Source: Amoeboradix gromovi X-113
Taxonomy: Eukaryota > Fungi > Sanchytriomycota
Assembly (NCBI GenBank): GCA_018985225.1
Contig: JADGIF010000448.1
Span: forward strand, 1 to 8,384
Length of the DNA stretch: 8,384 nt
Direction of reading: 5' to 3'
The stretch's first letter is position 1; each line of letters opens with the position of its first letter. Under the pieces are notes generated by a model that worked only from the letters and a program-made list of their open reading frames with translations, ran no database searches and was not told the origin of the DNA. The position numbers and the translations under genes were made by a program. Shown here in pieces: positions 7,020 to 8,384 of the stretch.

Positions 7020-7820
7020 CTAATTCTTTGATAGATTCAGTGAATTTTCAAACTCAATCAGCTGGCAAATAAAACTGATGTGGGGATTAGCAGTAGGGGA
7101 TTTGGATTTGACTAGCGCAAGAGCATCATGAAAGCCGATCTTTTGGTTATACATTATGTACGCAATTACAACAGAAGCACTACGAGATACACCACATTGA
7201 CAGTGAACCATGATGTTCTTATTTTTGCGCCGATATTTTTCAATATAAGAAAAGGCTAGATTAAGATACTCTGAGAAGTCTTCCTGATAATGAGACCAGT
7301 TAAATCTGGTGTACTCGACAGTTGATTTCTTGATTTCAAAGCCATCTATAGCCATAGACATTCTACGATTCACTTTTGAATCGGAATCAATAACAGCTCG
7401 TACAGCTAGACTACTATCCTGCTCATTCTCAATAGTAAATGTTGGGATTTCAAAAGACATTTGTACTTCACTTGCAGTCCCTGGCGCAGATCTTGGTGCT
7501 TCATAAAAATGGTCAGGAGTTTGCACTTCTTTTGCAACATTCAATATTGCTTGGATTTTGTATTTATGCATTAGTGGAGAGTTTTCAGCTATTTTAGATG
7601 ATCCTAAATACAAATTTGGTAATATTTCCACTGGAGTTTCTAAGCTCTCCTCTACATAACTGTCCTGCCGTGTGTTTTCCAAATTTATGGGTTTAATTTC
7701 CAGGGATAGTGGTTTTAGCTTTATCATTTTGTCTTTCACTGGCATTTTGAGTCGATTAATTTTTGTAATCAAAACAAGGGTTATGATTGGGCAAAGGATA
7801 ATGCATCCTATGACGCTCAT
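7020..7820 (-). CDS. Dual-specificity protein phosphatase (MAP kinase phosphatase, Msg5/Pmp1-like)
   Basis: PVEILPNLYLGS, ILNVAKE, the catalytic loop VHCQCGVSRSASVVIAYIM (HCX5R) and ANPHISFICQLIEFE. KLKPLSLEI resembles a MAPK docking motif. The real start may be ATG 7745 or 7727. Confidence 0.93.
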   Translation of the reverse strand: MSVIGCIILCPIITLVLITKINRLKMPVKDKMIKLKPLSLEIKPINLENTRQDSYVEESLETPVEILPNLYLGSSKIAENSPLMHKYKIQAILNVAKEVQTPDHFYEAPRSAPGTASEVQMSFEIPTFTIENEQDSSLAVRAVIDSDSKVNRRMSMAIDGFEIKKSTVEYTRFNWSHYQEDFSEYLNLAFSYIEKYRRKNKNIMVHCQCGVSRSASVVIAYIMYNQKIGFHDALALVKSKSPTANPHISFICQLIEFENSLNLSKN

Positions 7821-8384
7821 TCAGGTTAATCTCCGATTCGTCCTAATCGTAAATCAAACAGCTCCCCCTTAGATCCTCAATAGTCATCGGCTTTGATAAA
7901 TGAATTGTTTATCGTGACAACACGAATCTTTTTGCTTCAGATGACCATTTATTTAGGCTGCTTTTATTTGCATTAAAAGTCTGAATTATTTCTATTCGTG
8001 GCTCACAGCCTTCTAGTAAAAAACAAGTTAAATCTAGAAAAACCACGAGTACATAGACAACACATTGTTCTACCCCAGAAGATACAAAATAGTCTAAAAA
8101 AGAATTTATCCTCAAAACGAAAAAGGAAGAACATTGGTTGAATTTAATTATCGTTTACTTCTCAGCTTGTGCTAGATCTAGTAATTTAAAGAAAAGCAAT
8201 CTGGAGTGGTACTTGTGGGACACCAAATATAAAAACTAGACTAACTCGTTTTTAAAGGTGCTCCATACGGAGGAAATGCTATCATTAATAAAAGATCTTC
8301 TTTCAAACCAATTTTCTTTCATTACTTTCAATCCCCTCTTCAAAATAAAACTAGAAGACCCTGCATCTCGTTGAAATATATGAG

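Noticed and set aside
7309-7872. Two short plus-strand ORFs
   Set aside because: Antisense to the phosphatase CDS, non-ATG starts, no motifs.
7909-8115. 68-aa minus-strand ORF and short plus-strand open stretches near the window end
   Set aside because: TTG start and no recognisable domain; treated as intergenic/promoter DNA.

Overview
AT-rich, gene-dense, apparently intron-free eukaryotic (fungus-like) DNA using the standard code. From ~1990 to 7820 it carries five host genes: a PX+SNARE protein (Vam7-like, -), a class II DAHP synthase (-), a Cyc2/cytochrome b5 reductase-family flavoprotein (+), a probable Spt20-like Q-rich protein (+) and an Msg5/Pmp1-like dual-specificity phosphatase (-). 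The first ~1.95 kb is not explained by the ORF track. It holds a long inverted repeat (1-353 vs 1286-1632, left arm cut by the window edge). The repeat and its spacer contain a series of fragments encoding the C-terminal zinc ribbon + RuvC-III segment (CxxC...CxxC...DRD..AARNI) of TnpB/Fanzor RNA-guided nucleases. The best-preserved fragment (1602-1778) runs into a strongly base-paired ~210-nt segment (1741-1950) at the position where an omega-RNA scaffold is expected. No intact nuclease or transposase gene is present in the window.
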